DNA from: Nageia nagi
Lineage: Eukaryota; Plantae; Pinophyta
Reading direction: 5' to 3'
DNA length: 64,000 nt
Assembly: GCA_050084985.1 (NCBI GenBank)
Contig: JBITNC010000001.1
Coordinates: forward strand, 82,708,001 to 82,772,000
Part shown: positions 1 through 11,859 of the stretch, piece after piece
How the letters are laid out: every line of letters begins with the position of its first letter
How positions within the stretch are numbered: position 1 is the first letter of the stretch
The notes under the pieces: model-generated
Told to the model about the DNA's origin: nothing
Seen by the model: the letters and a program-made list of their open reading frames with translations, nothing else
The model's database searches: none
Made by a program: the position numbers and the translations under genes

Positions 1-559
1 GAAGATTCACAAAAAGCTGGCTTGCAAACTGAGGAATGCTCTGTATGGAAACAACCAATTGAAAAATTGATATTACAATCTCTAGATTTTTGTGCCTCAA
101 TTTTACTGGGGCTTTGGAGCTGTTGGTGCTTCTCCTTAGCTGTGAAGGATTGAGATTCCAAAAGATGTATGAAGTATCCAATATTCCTTCATAGCTAAAC
201 ATAATTAGAGAATGTCAAATATGTCTTACACTTTCAAGAAGAAGTGTCTGAGCAAACCCACAAAGACATCTACAAAATTAAATCTATTTACAATTGACTC
301 TTAATGACACGTGACACCATAAGGTATTTATCATATTTTACTTTTCAATCTTGTGTATGAATCGAAGATTTTACTTTAGAAATTTGAGCATTATTTGATA
401 TAATAGCCATCCAAATTCCTATTAACATCCTGGCTAAGCAGTTCAGTATGGTGGCAATGTAGTGCCCATGAGTATACAATTTGAGGTGGCTGAAAACTGA
501 TATAAGTACAATAATTTTTTCTTTGGTAAGGGTAAATATTACCAAAAAACATTGGTGAG

Positions 560-2190
560 GGGTTTTTTATACAGGACTCAAAACCTGTGTAAAAGTATGA
601 ATCATACAGGGAAATAGACTACCCTGTTTTACAACAAAAATAAAGTTCTATCTATGTCTTTGGTAGCCCTTTCATGGGCTATCAATATGTTGCAAAATAG
701 AATCAAGTTTCTATTTTTGGCTTCTTTGCCTATTGAATCTATCTTCATTTCCAACATGTTTGAATCCTGTTTGCTGCTCGAGTTTGTAGCTAGATCATCT
801 TTGTGCTTTCGTTAGGCTTGCTTACCCAAAGTTTTCAAGAATTTGATCTCCATTTGCAATATCTCTGTTTGTTGCTTTTTTTCTCGTCTCCTTCTGATTT
901 GGTTTTCCTCAAACTCTATGATCTTCTCAAAAATTTGCATTTTTCAGTGCGCTTCTAGTTAAACAGTATGGGGTTGATTCTGGCGCATAAAACTGGGACT
1001 CTTGGTTTGAATCTGATGCTACGTGTTTGTCAGGCTTAACTCCGTATCATTTTCTTTTGTTTCCGAGGAGCGATTCACGAGTGAAGCTGATGAGTCTTTC
1101 TTTAACGGAAATCCACCCTCCAATTGTTGAGTCACTCAGAGCGTTTGGCCTGATTCCCATTAGGGGCATTCTTGGCGTCTGTTTAGAGGGTGGGTCTTTC
1201 AAAGATGAACCTTTCGTCAGAGTCTTTTGAGTGACTAGATTTAACTTGCATTTTTTCGCACCTCTAGATGAATCTCTCCTTCCTCCATTTCTTACTTCGG
1301 TTGTTTCTGTAGCCGAGGTTCTAGATTTTGAGTTTGTCTAGGTTGCCAAGCTTGCCTTGGATTCTCAGCGTTTTAGTTACCAATTTAGCATTGGGAACAA
1401 TCTTGCAGATTATGCCCTACATGGGAGCATATGGGGCGTATTAGATTGTTGCTCTCATATTTGATTTGCTGTCCCTTCGGAGTCCATTAAAAGTTTGATT
1501 TGCTTCCGGAGAGTTTTGTCATAATTGATCTGAACACAGAAGCGTGCCTCCAACAACCTTGAGCAGGCTTTCATAGCCAGATCAATTGCAATTAGACACC
1601 CTATTGAAGCCATGATTCCTTCAATCACTTTTTGATGCCATAATTCAAAAGGTAAACTTGGTAGGCTTACCCAAAATGGAGTTGACATAATTTGAGTCAT
1701 TAAAGGGTTAAAACTTGATTGCCAACGATCTAGAAATAGACCTCGTTTGCTGAAAAACCAAGGGCCTAAAGTTAGGACTATGTCTTGATCTTCTTCATTT
1801 GCAAAATTGAACATTAGATAGGCATTTGGCATGCTACCACTTTGATGCTTCCCTTCGTAAGCCATTTCGATTGCACCCATTACTTGATGATATCGATATT
1901 AGGGCACACCCCTAGAAATTGACCCACTAGATTGAATTTCCTATGCGAGGGTGTTTGATCTAGTAGCAGATTTGGAATCCTTAAGCATAATTGGTTTCCT
2001 TCAATCGATGGTGTCAAAGTTGGGCAAGGAGCTTCTGCAGCTTCTTGCGAAAATATTTTCTCCATGAAATAGGGTGATCTGCCATCTTGGAAGCTTAGGG
2101 ATACCAAACTCAGATGCGAGTAGTGAGATCGAGAGTGAGAGAGAGTGCGAAAGGTGAGTAGAAACACGAGCAAAGATGTGAGCGATTGTG
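560..2190 (-). mobile_element. Decayed L1-clade LINE derivative: ORF1 (DUF4283 + degenerate zinc knuckle) followed directly by a 3'-UTR-like tail, no ORF2; lies in the presumed first intron of TL17
   Basis: ORFs 1880-2173 and 1455-1880 give LVGQFLG...GPWFFSKRGLFLDRWQSSFNP...FWVSLPSLPFELW...IGCLIAID...ARFCVQI, the plant L1 ORF1 pattern. RPICSHVGHNLQDC knuckle remnant near 1395-1440; ORF1-type C-terminus near 830-910. Ends approximate, no TSD seen. Confidence 0.8.
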
Positions 2191-3501
2191 GCCTTCCTTA
2201 ATTAATCTTAAGAATGTGTCAATAAATACAATTGTTAACAAAGAATGCGAGGTGAGATTTTCCATTCTAGAGAATTAATTGACGAAGTTGTCAATAAAGT
2301 TTGTAATTTGTGATATAATTAGGAAGCTTGCCAGGGATGTCAAATTAAGGCACAAGCTAATGTAAAGAGATTGGTAAAAGAAAGGTAGATTTTCAAGTTT
2401 GATGATCAAGAAAAAAAAATCTTAGACAGCATTTCAAGAAATTTAAGTTTTTTGATTAAGTCCACAGAGGTAACGTGCACCATTGAGAAAATCAGCACAA
2501 TCATAACTAGTGAAAAGTGGGAGTAGTCAGAGAGAGAAAGAGTTGACAATAAAGAGTTTCCTGCTCTAAAAGATGACAACCTCCTTTGCTCATCATGGCA
2601 ATATGCTGTGTTAACAATGTTTGGATCTCTCAATGAAACATGCTAGGAACAACCTCCATTGCATGCTTACACTTATTAGTCCTCACCACAAAGTAATGAT
2701 GATAAAAGATATAGCTCTACATGCCATAAATAGCACAGGGAAATCATTATATAACTGAATGGATGATCAGTCCAAAAAGTTGTTGATCTTTATGCAACTT
2801 GTTATTTTCTTTTAGCTGAATATTACAAGTAAAAATACAGCGTCAAATGATACAAAGGGAATAAACAATTGTTAGGTTAAATATATGACTAATAAAGGAG
2901 CCAAAAATATCTTGCACACTAGTGAACTTATCCTGCATCACCAACATAATAATTGTGTCAATGGCATGAACAAATTGATGTCACTTTAGAGGTTGTATCT
3001 CCGTTAGATTGGAGTGAAATTCTGCACTGTCATTCAGATACTCTTATTTATGCAATCTTCGAGTGAGGATTGGAGCGAAATTATGATTTTAGGCTATTGA
3101 AATGTTCACATAATAGTATCTATATATTTGCCTGATCCAATTATGTATCCAATGTGCATTCGCTGTTTACCATGGTTTTTGTAGAAAGACCATTCAATCA
3201 ATTGCACTGGTTGAGTATTTGGCATTAGAGCACTAACAATCTTGGGTATTGATACTTATATCAATCTAGTGAAGTATTGTCATCTGAATTCAAGCTTCTT
3301 GATGTTTTGTTGATGCCTGACTATTTTACTTTTTAAATAGTTATCATGTATTATCAGTTTGTCAGATATTTGGATTTCTTTTTTTCTCTTTTCCCTGGAC
3401 CCCAATTTATGCACATGTTCCTTGCTATATCAAAAACTGTGTGTGTACAAAGGAATCTTTTCAATGCTTTTAGTTACGTATTTAGATATGATATTGTGTA
3501 G

Positions 3502-3644
3502 GAGATGCTACAGATATCACCAAAGCAAATAATTCCATTCAAGTGAAAGCATCTCCAATACAGATATTCAAAGGCATTGCATGTGGTTTTTGTGCTGTAT
3601 TGGCAGTAGCATCTGCCTCCCCTACATTTGCTGCATCAAATCCG
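3502..3644 (+). CDS. TL17: TL17 thylakoid lumenal 17.4 kDa protein, internal coding exon (lumen-transfer signal)
   Basis: AG at 3500-3501, GT at 3645. Reads DATDITKANNSIQVKASPIQIFKGIACGFCAVLAVASASPTFAASNP: hydrophobic stretch plus peptidase site, in frame with the next exon. Start exon not found in window. Confidence 0.85.
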
Positions 3645-3751
3645 GTATATGAGTATTTTTTCAGTGAATAAAATGTTTTTGCAGACCTTGCTCTTTCGGT
3701 TTATGAGTAGTAGTACATTTCACTTAATTTTCTCTGTTTTGTGTTTTGCAG

Positions 3752-3998
3752 AGGTTGCCACCATTGTCAACTGATCCAAATAGATGTGAAAAGGCATTTG
3801 TAGGAAATACTATTGGCCAGGCAAATGGTGTTTATGACAAACCCATTGATCTCCGCTTCTGTGACTTCTCCAATGAAAAGAATAACTTGAAGGGCAAATC
3901 ATTGGCAGCTGCACTTATGTCAGATGCCAAGTTTGATGGTGCTGATATGTCTGAGGTCATAATGTCAAAAGCTTATGCTGTGGGAGCGAGCTTCAAAG
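3752..3998 (+). CDS. TL17: TL17 exon (mature N-terminus and pentapeptide repeats)
   Basis: ttgcag|AGG...AAAG|gt. RLPPLSTDPNRCEKAFVGNTIGQANGVYDKPIDLRFCDF...AKFDGADMSEVIMSKAYAVGASFKG matches Arabidopsis TL17 (At5g53490) as recalled. Confidence 0.95.
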
Positions 3999-4593
3999 GT
4001 TATACATCTTTCACTATCGCCAACATTTACATCAATGGATCAAATATTATCTTGAGTGCATTCATGGTCTTACAATTAGAATGAAGCAAAACATGTTGCA
4101 GGGGTTCTCTTTTTTAGAAGTTTCTATATGGAAATCAACTCTGAAATTAGGAATCAGGACATACGCTTAATTTACTGGCAAAAAATGATGAATTAGGTAG
4201 AAATAGCTGATTCCATGCCTTGGCGAGTTTCATCTTTATAGCATAAAAAAGATCTGAATTGTGTTGCAGTTTTGTTGTATTTTACCTGACTTCATATCTT
4301 CTTAATGCAACCTTCTCTGAATTTATAAGGATAGTTAGTTGATGCCAAAGAGAGACTTCCAACAATTTTGTGCACATTCACACAAGTATATGCATGTGTA
4401 TATACTTGTGGGTGGTGAGGGAGAGAGGGAATGGTAGGAAAAGTTGGAGTTACATACATTGTGACTGTGGTGTCTACTTGTATGCAATGAGCTTTTTCTT
4501 ACTTCTGATGAGATTGGCAAAGGAAATTGGATGGGGCTCTTTTATACTTGTAGTTGGTAGAGTCATTCTAAAGATATTTTTGAAAATTTGCAG

Positions 4594-4817
4594 GTGTTGA
4601 CTTCTCAAATGCAGTTATTGATAGAGTAAATTTTGGAAACGCCAACATGCAGGGTGCAGTGTTCAAGAATACTGTACTATCTGGGTCCACATTCACTGAT
4701 GCCAATTTAGCGGGTGCAGAATTTGAAGATACTATAATAGGTTATGTAGATCTTCAAAAGCTTTGCACAAATCAAACACTCTCTGATGAAAACAGAGTTC
4801 TGTTGGGATGTAAATGA
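4594..4817 (+). CDS. TL17: TL17 last coding exon
   Basis: ttgcag|GT completes the split Gly codon. VDFSNAVIDRVNFGNANMQGAVFKNTVLSGSTFTDANLAGAEFEDTIIGYVDLQKLCTNQTLSDENRVLLGCK*, TGA at 4815-4817. Confidence 0.95.
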
Positions 4818-5495
4818 CGTGCACAATGCAGCAGCTCTTAATTTGAATGATTTGAAGTTGCTTCTTTTGGTTTGGCCTTTGTTTTTTTTGGAACTTTTCA
4901 TTGTTTTCTTCTGGCCATCCTATTTCAATCTACCATGTGATTGCTCTTACAGCTAAAAAATTCTTGTTTTAGGTACTCTTGCATGATAAATGTGACTATA
5001 ACTTTCATTTTTGTGATAATATCAATTATGAAATAGATTTATGTTGCATCAAAGCAGATATCCCATACCTTAACCAATCTACAAAATATTAATTTTCTTT
5101 TGTTAAATAGATTTGCAGAAGTTTTATTGTGATTTAATCAAGACTATGCCAATTAAGTCTCCAGGTATTTGTAGGAAGTAAAAACCATGCAGACTAGTTA
5201 TACCATGTATATTTTCAAGGAGTGGGGAAATAAATGAACAGGTTATGGATGACTTACCTTTTCCATTTTGAAGAAGATCTGGTGTGTTCCATTTCAAGAA
5301 GATATTGCTATTTAGTTTGGACCTACCCTCGTCTTAATCTAGAAATTATCATTGAATGTAGGCAGCAAAAGAATCATTTTCTCTAGGAATTAGTGAAAGA
5401 AAGAAAATATATTAATGTCTATGGGTAACCAAAAGCGGTCAATGGGATTGAGAGATACAAATTTATAAAACAGTAAGTGGGGCCCTAGGTGGCCC

Positions 5496-5605
5496 ACACT
5501 AGAACAACCTAAGAAAAAACAATGCAGAAATACACTAGAGCAACCTAAGAAAAAACAATGCAAAAATACACTAGAACAACTCAAGTAAAAACAATGTAGA
5601 AATAC
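5496..5605. repeat. 3 x 36-bp tandem repeat near the LINE 3' end
   Basis: acactagaacaacctaagaaaaaacaatgcagaaat units start at 5496, 5532 and 5568. Confidence 0.9.
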
Positions 5606-8013
5606 AATAGAGGGGTTAAGCCCTAAAAGGACTACATAGTCAAATAGTAGAACAAAAAAGTCGAGATCAATCAGGGGGAGGACTCTCCTCAAGACAACCT
5701 GATTGGACTTCCCTTGGTCTATGGCAATTGTGGGCACATCAACTCTACTGGAGCTAACTACTATATTATTTCATTAACAAGTATATATATATTTATACAA
5801 ACATTCTACAACCAACTTGGTTTTCTTCGCCCTCAACTAACAACTCACAAGATCCTCAACCACAACCACGTAAAGCATTACACTCATGATGTAATACTAT
5901 ACCTAACACAAAATGGAGTGCCACACAACGTTGGTTAGGGAATTGAAAGAAGGTTGAGATCGATCTATGGGAGTCTCGAAAAAAACAATGGTATCATCCC
6001 CAAATCTCATACTAAATTGAGCACCTAAAGATGAAGCAGTCCTTAGTCTTTGGCTCCAATGAGCATAGTTGACATACTCAAAGCTCATGTGCTAAATAGT
6101 GATCAATCTCGATCAGTAGTTGATGGGAGCACTTTGAACTGTCTAAGGAACATCCTCAGGCTAAGTGGGAGGTATAAATTGGTATAACGAGGCGAAATTA
6201 TCGATCCTCTAATAATTTGCAAGAAGTGATGGGAGTAATGCAACATCTTGGGTGTGGGGTTGTTGGAGAGCGATCCAAGTGTGATGAATATATGCCCTGT
6301 AAATCGTGTCTCTAATCGATGACAATGTATCAACTTGGTCTCTATGTGTGTCTACTTGAGGTATGGGTAGTTGGTCATGGGAAAGATTGAAGTGTTGTAA
6401 TGCCTCTGAGACCTCGATGAACTAACACCAACAACAACCTTGTGCTACCAAATCCAACGATGATGCTAAAGCTCTAAAGGGGAGTGAATCACCTTCTTCA
6501 ATGGATGCAAGTCTATGAAGATGATGGAGAAAAAGAACGAGCGCTACAAGGGACCACACTTGTAGAGGTTGGCAACCAAACTCAACCAACATAATGTGGG
6601 TTGGGATGGTCCTCTTGCTTCGTAGAGTGCCAACCAGGATCCTCTCAACTATGATCCAATCCGAGCTCCTCATACTGGGCCACAAACCTCAACACCATAA
6701 AGCATTATGGGGGTGACTAGAGTATGAAATAACTGTAGATTGGATGCATTGTCTCTTGAGGGAGATAATTGTTGCATAACCTCGATGTACTCTAGGTGGT
6801 GTCGTCGCTCTCATCGAGAATCGAGGGCCAATGAAGAGTACTGCAAAATAAGTGTAAGAGGTGGAAATCTCAATGGTCTTTCCTTGGTATGTTATCTGAG
6901 TCTAGTCAACAATGGCCTTTGAGGTGTTGAAGACCGCAACATTGGTTTTATTGAGATTAGCCACTAGCTCCTATCTAGCGTTAAACAAATCAAGGATATT
7001 CATTAGGCATTGTAGATCCTCAGTTGTGCATGATAGTAAGACAATGTCATCGACAAAGAGGAGGATGGGGACTCAATTCCCATGGAGGAGGCACCCCACC
7101 TTGCGGCCTATGGTCTCTAATATAAATGATTCCAACTCGTCAATATAAAGACCAAAGAGACTTGAGAAGAGCAAATAGCCCTAGTTCACCCCAATGGTGC
7201 TCTAGATGTTGTCAGAGAGACCCTCAGCAATACGCACTCGACTTGATAGGGACTCATATAGAGTCAAAATGGTTGTAAGGCCTATCTCGAGAATCCCCAA
7301 TAGCCTAAGTCTATCCATGATCGATGTTAAGGGACCATGTCGAAGGCCTTCATGAAGTCCACAAAGCAATAGAAAAGCATAGACTTTTGGAATTTGGCCT
7401 CCTCAATGATTGCTCAAAGAGTGAGGATGTGGTCAGTGGTGCAGTAGTCTATATGAAAACCTGCTTGTCCTCCTTCCTTGAAGCCTCTATCATCTGCTAA
7501 TTGTGATACAATCAAGAATGGTGGCATAAAGTTTGGCCATGGTATGACCAATTATGATGGTACAATAATCGCTTGGTTCATAAGGATCATCGGATTTAAG
7601 GATGAGGTGGATGATGTTCAAGGTCCAGGGGATGGGAAAACTAGTACAAATGATGGTGTTAAAGAGATGAGAGATAAATGGGGGGTGGGGGAGGGGAGGA
7701 TGGAACTAGCATGCTTGAGGTATTTGGCTTGGAAGTTTTTGATGTTAGATGCTTTTCCAGAGTTAAGATTACTAATAACTTTGTGGACGAGGTGGGGGAA
7801 AAGAAGTCCGAAGAGGAAAGGCAAGAGATGATAATGGAAGGGATATGGTTAGGATCGATGTAGAGTTGAGACATGTAAATGCTCCAATCCCAAAGGGTGA
7901 TGTGGCAAATGGTGTTTCTTTTAGGCAAAAAGGAATGCCAAAAAGACTTAGGGTTTTGATGGAGGGTTGTGATGATCTCATGTCATGTTTGGGCTAGTAA
8001 GTGGCACTTCTCT

Positions 8014-8826
8014 GTTCTCAAGAGGTGATGATATGATTAGTGAAGGAAGTGGATAGCAAGGGAGGAGGCTGTAGAGATAATGGCATGTTTTAGATGATGA
8101 TGGCTAGTTTTACACTCCACATTGAACCATTGGTCCATCGAAGAATGTCTAGGATGTCGAGGATGAGGTGGGGGACAGGTGGTGTGAGGGAAAATTTGTA
8201 AGGTTATGGAACAAAGAGTCTCAGAAAGAAAAAACGTCTACTCGTCGATAGAGATGAGAGAGTGCATGTGGGGAAGTTTTTTTTTTAGGGAAAGGCTAAA
8301 CAAGGGGGAAAGATCTCAATCAAAGTGGATAATTGTACAAGGGGAGTGTGTGATGGGATGGTGGGTCGAAGGGGGGTTGAGATTAGAGTCCCTAAGAGAA
8401 AGGGTTCTCAAGAGGAGAGTCCCTAAGTGGATGATTGTTCTCAAGAGGTGACGATATGATTAGTGAAGGAAGTGGGTAGCAGGGGAGGAGGTTGTAGAGA
8501 TAATGGTATGTTTTAGATGATGTTGACTACTTTTACACTCCACATTGAACCATTGGTCCATCTGGGAATTCTAGGATGTTGAGGGTTAGGTGGGGGGCAA
8601 GTGGTGTGAGGGAAATTTTGTAAGGTTGTGGAACGAAGAGTCTCAGATTGAAAAAGCGTCTTCTCATCGATAAAGGTTAGAGAGTGCATGTGGGTAAGTT
8701 TTTGTTTTAGGGCAAGGCTAAACAAGGGGGAAAGATCTCATTCAAAGTGGATGATTGTACAAGGTAAGTGTGTGATGGGATGGTGGGTCGAAGGGGGGGT
8801 GAGAGGAGAGTCCTTAAGAGAAAGGG
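8014..8826. repeat. Tandem duplication (period 423 bp) within the LINE
   Basis: gttctcaagaggtgaYgatatgattagtgaagg... starts at 8014 and 8437; both copies end in ...taagagaaagggt. Confidence 0.92.
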
Positions 8827-10450
8827 TTAGGTGGATGTAGTCAGCGAGGGGGAGACAAGGGGTGACACAAAAGGTCAAGTAGTGGGAGACAAGCAAGGGG
8901 CTAACAAGGATGTGGTTGACAACACTAGATCCATCGACATGAGGAAAATAAGTGTGGTGTCAGGAGTGGGGGAACTAAGCAATGCTATCCATGATGATGA
9001 GGTTGTGGGTATCACCTAGCTCAAGAAAAAAATCTCCTGTAAGATGTAGGCATTGTATCATCAGATGCTCTCTAGTGCTCATCTTCAAGCTCAAAGGCAC
9101 ATATGTGAAGAGGCTCATCATGCTCGTCAAAGTATTGTATCTTAAGACTTCCTGTCAATGAGAAAAATTGATTATTGCTTGAATTTTTTGTTGAAGGGCA
9201 ACTTGTGTAGATACTAAAATCATACCCGTAACCATAATTTACATGCCCTATACATTGGTTGTTTGGCTTGTGTCACTTTTATGACGTATTGTGAAGGAAC
9301 CATTGACTTGTTTAGTCAAAATTGATCCGCTAGTATTCAAGAAATTTGAAGTATTTAAAATAGATGTTGCTTTCATTTTAGCAACAGTTGCATATTTAAT
9401 AATATTATAAAGTTGATTAAATAATAGCATGCATGTGCATGAATTTAGAAATTAAAATTGCATTATTTTAATTTCATATAAAAGGAATAGAGACTTTTGT
9501 GTAGTCTCTCTCCAACAACTCCCAAGATCATTATTGTTCATAGTGAATCATCAATTAGCTCATTAATTGTTTGCACTTCCATTACTTTTTCATGATTGTC
9601 TACTATAACATTGTGGAATTCGAAGGTTCTCACCACAATATTAGGAGAGTAGATACCAAACACTCTTCCTTGATAGAGATATAAGAAGGATATCAAATCC
9701 TTATTTATCAAATGTGTTTCCTTGTAAGTTGAAGTGGTAGATGAAACAATCATTTAGGAGATGAAACATGATGTTGGCCTACATGAATGACTCTTCACGT
9801 TGGTATGAAAACTTATACAATGTCATTAGAATTCAATCCAATGGCATTGGCAGAATAGAATGATGAGGTTTAGTTGTTGAAAAATTAGCTAGGTGTCTTT
9901 AACCCTCTTTTAAATTCAAAATTTGATATGAATCCACTTTGTCATTATTTTATACATTGCCTAATGCAACAATAAATAACATTGACTTTAATTAGTCCTA
10001 AAATCCTTTAAGTTACTTTGTCACATATATTGGTGAAATCAACTACATTTCTATATTAGATTTGTGTCTTTGCAACCCCTCTAATTGTGTATGAATTTTT
10101 TCTATAAAACCTTTAATGTGTGAATTTGTCTTGAAGTTTTTGAAATTCATTACCATGACTATGGATTCAAGTGTGCATATTTTGATGCTAAGGAATTCTA
10201 ATAAATATCTTTTCCTAGAAAAAGTGATATCATAAGAGTTAGATAATGTATTATAAGAGAAATACTATAGAAAATTGTACATACACCAAAACTGTTGATG
10301 CACATGTCTATCAAAATGTTGATGAGATTGTACATATGATATTGATGCTAGGTGGTTGTTCATGTTGGAAAATATTGATAACGTATGCATATTTTCTTGG
10401 AATATTTTGAAGAAGTTGAAGTACTCCTTTGTCCTTTGACCCTCAAAGTG

Positions 10451-10735
10451 AATTGTATACTTCGTGCATTAATATTTGTAATGACCTTTCATGTTGCACT
10501 ATTATTATGTAATGAGTGATTTGTTTCTATGTTTCTCCCCTTGCCATGGCCTCTACATTAACATGCGCCACTTGACTATTAGTAGAAGAAATTGTTATAC
10601 TTAGTGCAATGAGATTTGTAATGACATTTCATGTTGAACTAATGTTATGTAATAAATGATTTGTCTCTTTTTTTATTCCCTAGCCATGGCCTCTACATTG
10701 ACATGCGCCACTTGACTATAAGTAGAAGAAATTGC
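10451..10735. repeat. 2 x ~140-bp tandem duplication in degraded TE-like sequence
   Basis: atttgtaatgac...gccatggcctctacatt.acatgcgccacttgactat.agtagaagaaattg at 10474 and 10614. Confidence 0.9.
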
Positions 10736-11187
10736 TTGCCTTGTTTTTTTGGCTTCTTGATTGTGGGACCTCTTTGATGTCATGATAATCTTGCATATAT
10801 TGCAAGATCCCCTTTATGAATCCTAAAGTGAGGGATAGTGTAGATTTTTATGATTATAATAGTTCTCAAATTTTGCACCACTCCCTAGTTGGTCTAGTAC
10901 TTGTTGTCTTGATCCTAGTTGCTTAGGACATTTATTTCAAGTGTGGCCTTCTACCTATCAATCTATTCATTAAATATGTAGATGAAGAAAAGTAAGAATT
11001 AAATACATAGGACCAAACATGCTTGTATCAACTCTTTGCTCTTATGATGCTTTTAGTGCTTCTTGTAGGTTTTTGACATCCTTACTATTATTCCTAGCTT
11101 CAAATATAGTAGCAGCCTCTTGATGAAAGTGTTAACTTGCTATGTTTCCCAGGCCATTATGATATTGTTAGATTGGTTTATGTAACT

Positions 11188-11855
11188 TATTAACACCTAA
11201 ATTTGATTTTTATTTAATTAAAAATCATATTTTAGGTATGTAAGTAATGAAATTAATTTAAATTCTTATTTGTTATATTTGAGGTATATTTGTGAAATAA
11301 AGTACAATTTCATGCCTTTATATTCTTTTGGTGATAGGTCCAAGAAGCGCTACCTAAGAAGGTGTTTTGGTCGACAATGGAACCTCTCATCTCATGGCTA
11401 ATTGTTTTCCTACTAAATTGAAAGGAGATGCTTTGAAGTAGTTTCTCTTCTCCATCTTTTCTTTTAACAACTTCTTTTCCTGACTTTAGCTTTTCATAAC
11501 AGTCATACAAAAATAACAACAATAGTTCAAGTCCTTCCAATGCTTTTACTAGTGAAAGTGGGTTATTGAAATATGGATCTACCTTAAAAGAAATAAAGAA
11601 GGTTTATCTTAAGAAAGAGGATAAACTAGTCAATACAATTGAGCAACCTAAGGAGAATATGAAACAAGCATCTACAAGGGATAGTAGATTAAAATTGCTC
11701 ATTGCACCATATATCATGTTTCAAGATTGTGCATGGGAGACCTAGAGTGCTCGTACACCCCACCATGGGAAAAATACATGAGTTGTCTAAAGACCCTTGA
11801 GAGTATGATTTTGAAGAACAACTATGAAGCCCTCCTATAAAGATAACTTTGTTTG
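11188..11855 (+). mobile_element. Fragment of a Ty3/gypsy-type LTR plus gag remnant (same LTR family as 59272)
   Basis: t(g>a)ttaacacctaaa...aattaaaa...taggtat and ataggtc...cctaagaaggtgt.ttggt are shared with 59272-59440. YDFEEQL*SPPIKITLF near 11805-11855 resembles Tat/Ogre gag. Confidence 0.5.
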
Positions 11856-11859
11856 AAGA

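Larger units (their letters stand above)
5400..9140 (-). mobile_element. Decayed 5'-truncated non-LTR retrotransposon (RTE/CR1/L2-type ORF2: endonuclease end, RT, Cys-rich C-terminus)
   Basis: Minus-strand motifs GQAGF...DHILTL (~7420-7475), CFVDFMKAFDMVP (~7335-7370), LFGLYIDEL (~7135-7165), ILLFVDDIVL (~7038-7068), and the SSVV endonuclease end (~8915-8935). Many stops and frameshifts. Confidence 0.85.

Noticed and set aside
1-153. Open frame at window start as TL17 exon 1
   Set aside because: Ends in a stop, does not look like a transit peptide, and has no convincing phase-1 donor.
3999-4084. C-terminal part of ORF 3746-4084
   Set aside because: Read-through into an intron; TL17 similarity resumes at 4594.
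9480-11140. Possible minus-strand gypsy gag
   Set aside because: Only vague motif resemblance; too degraded to call.
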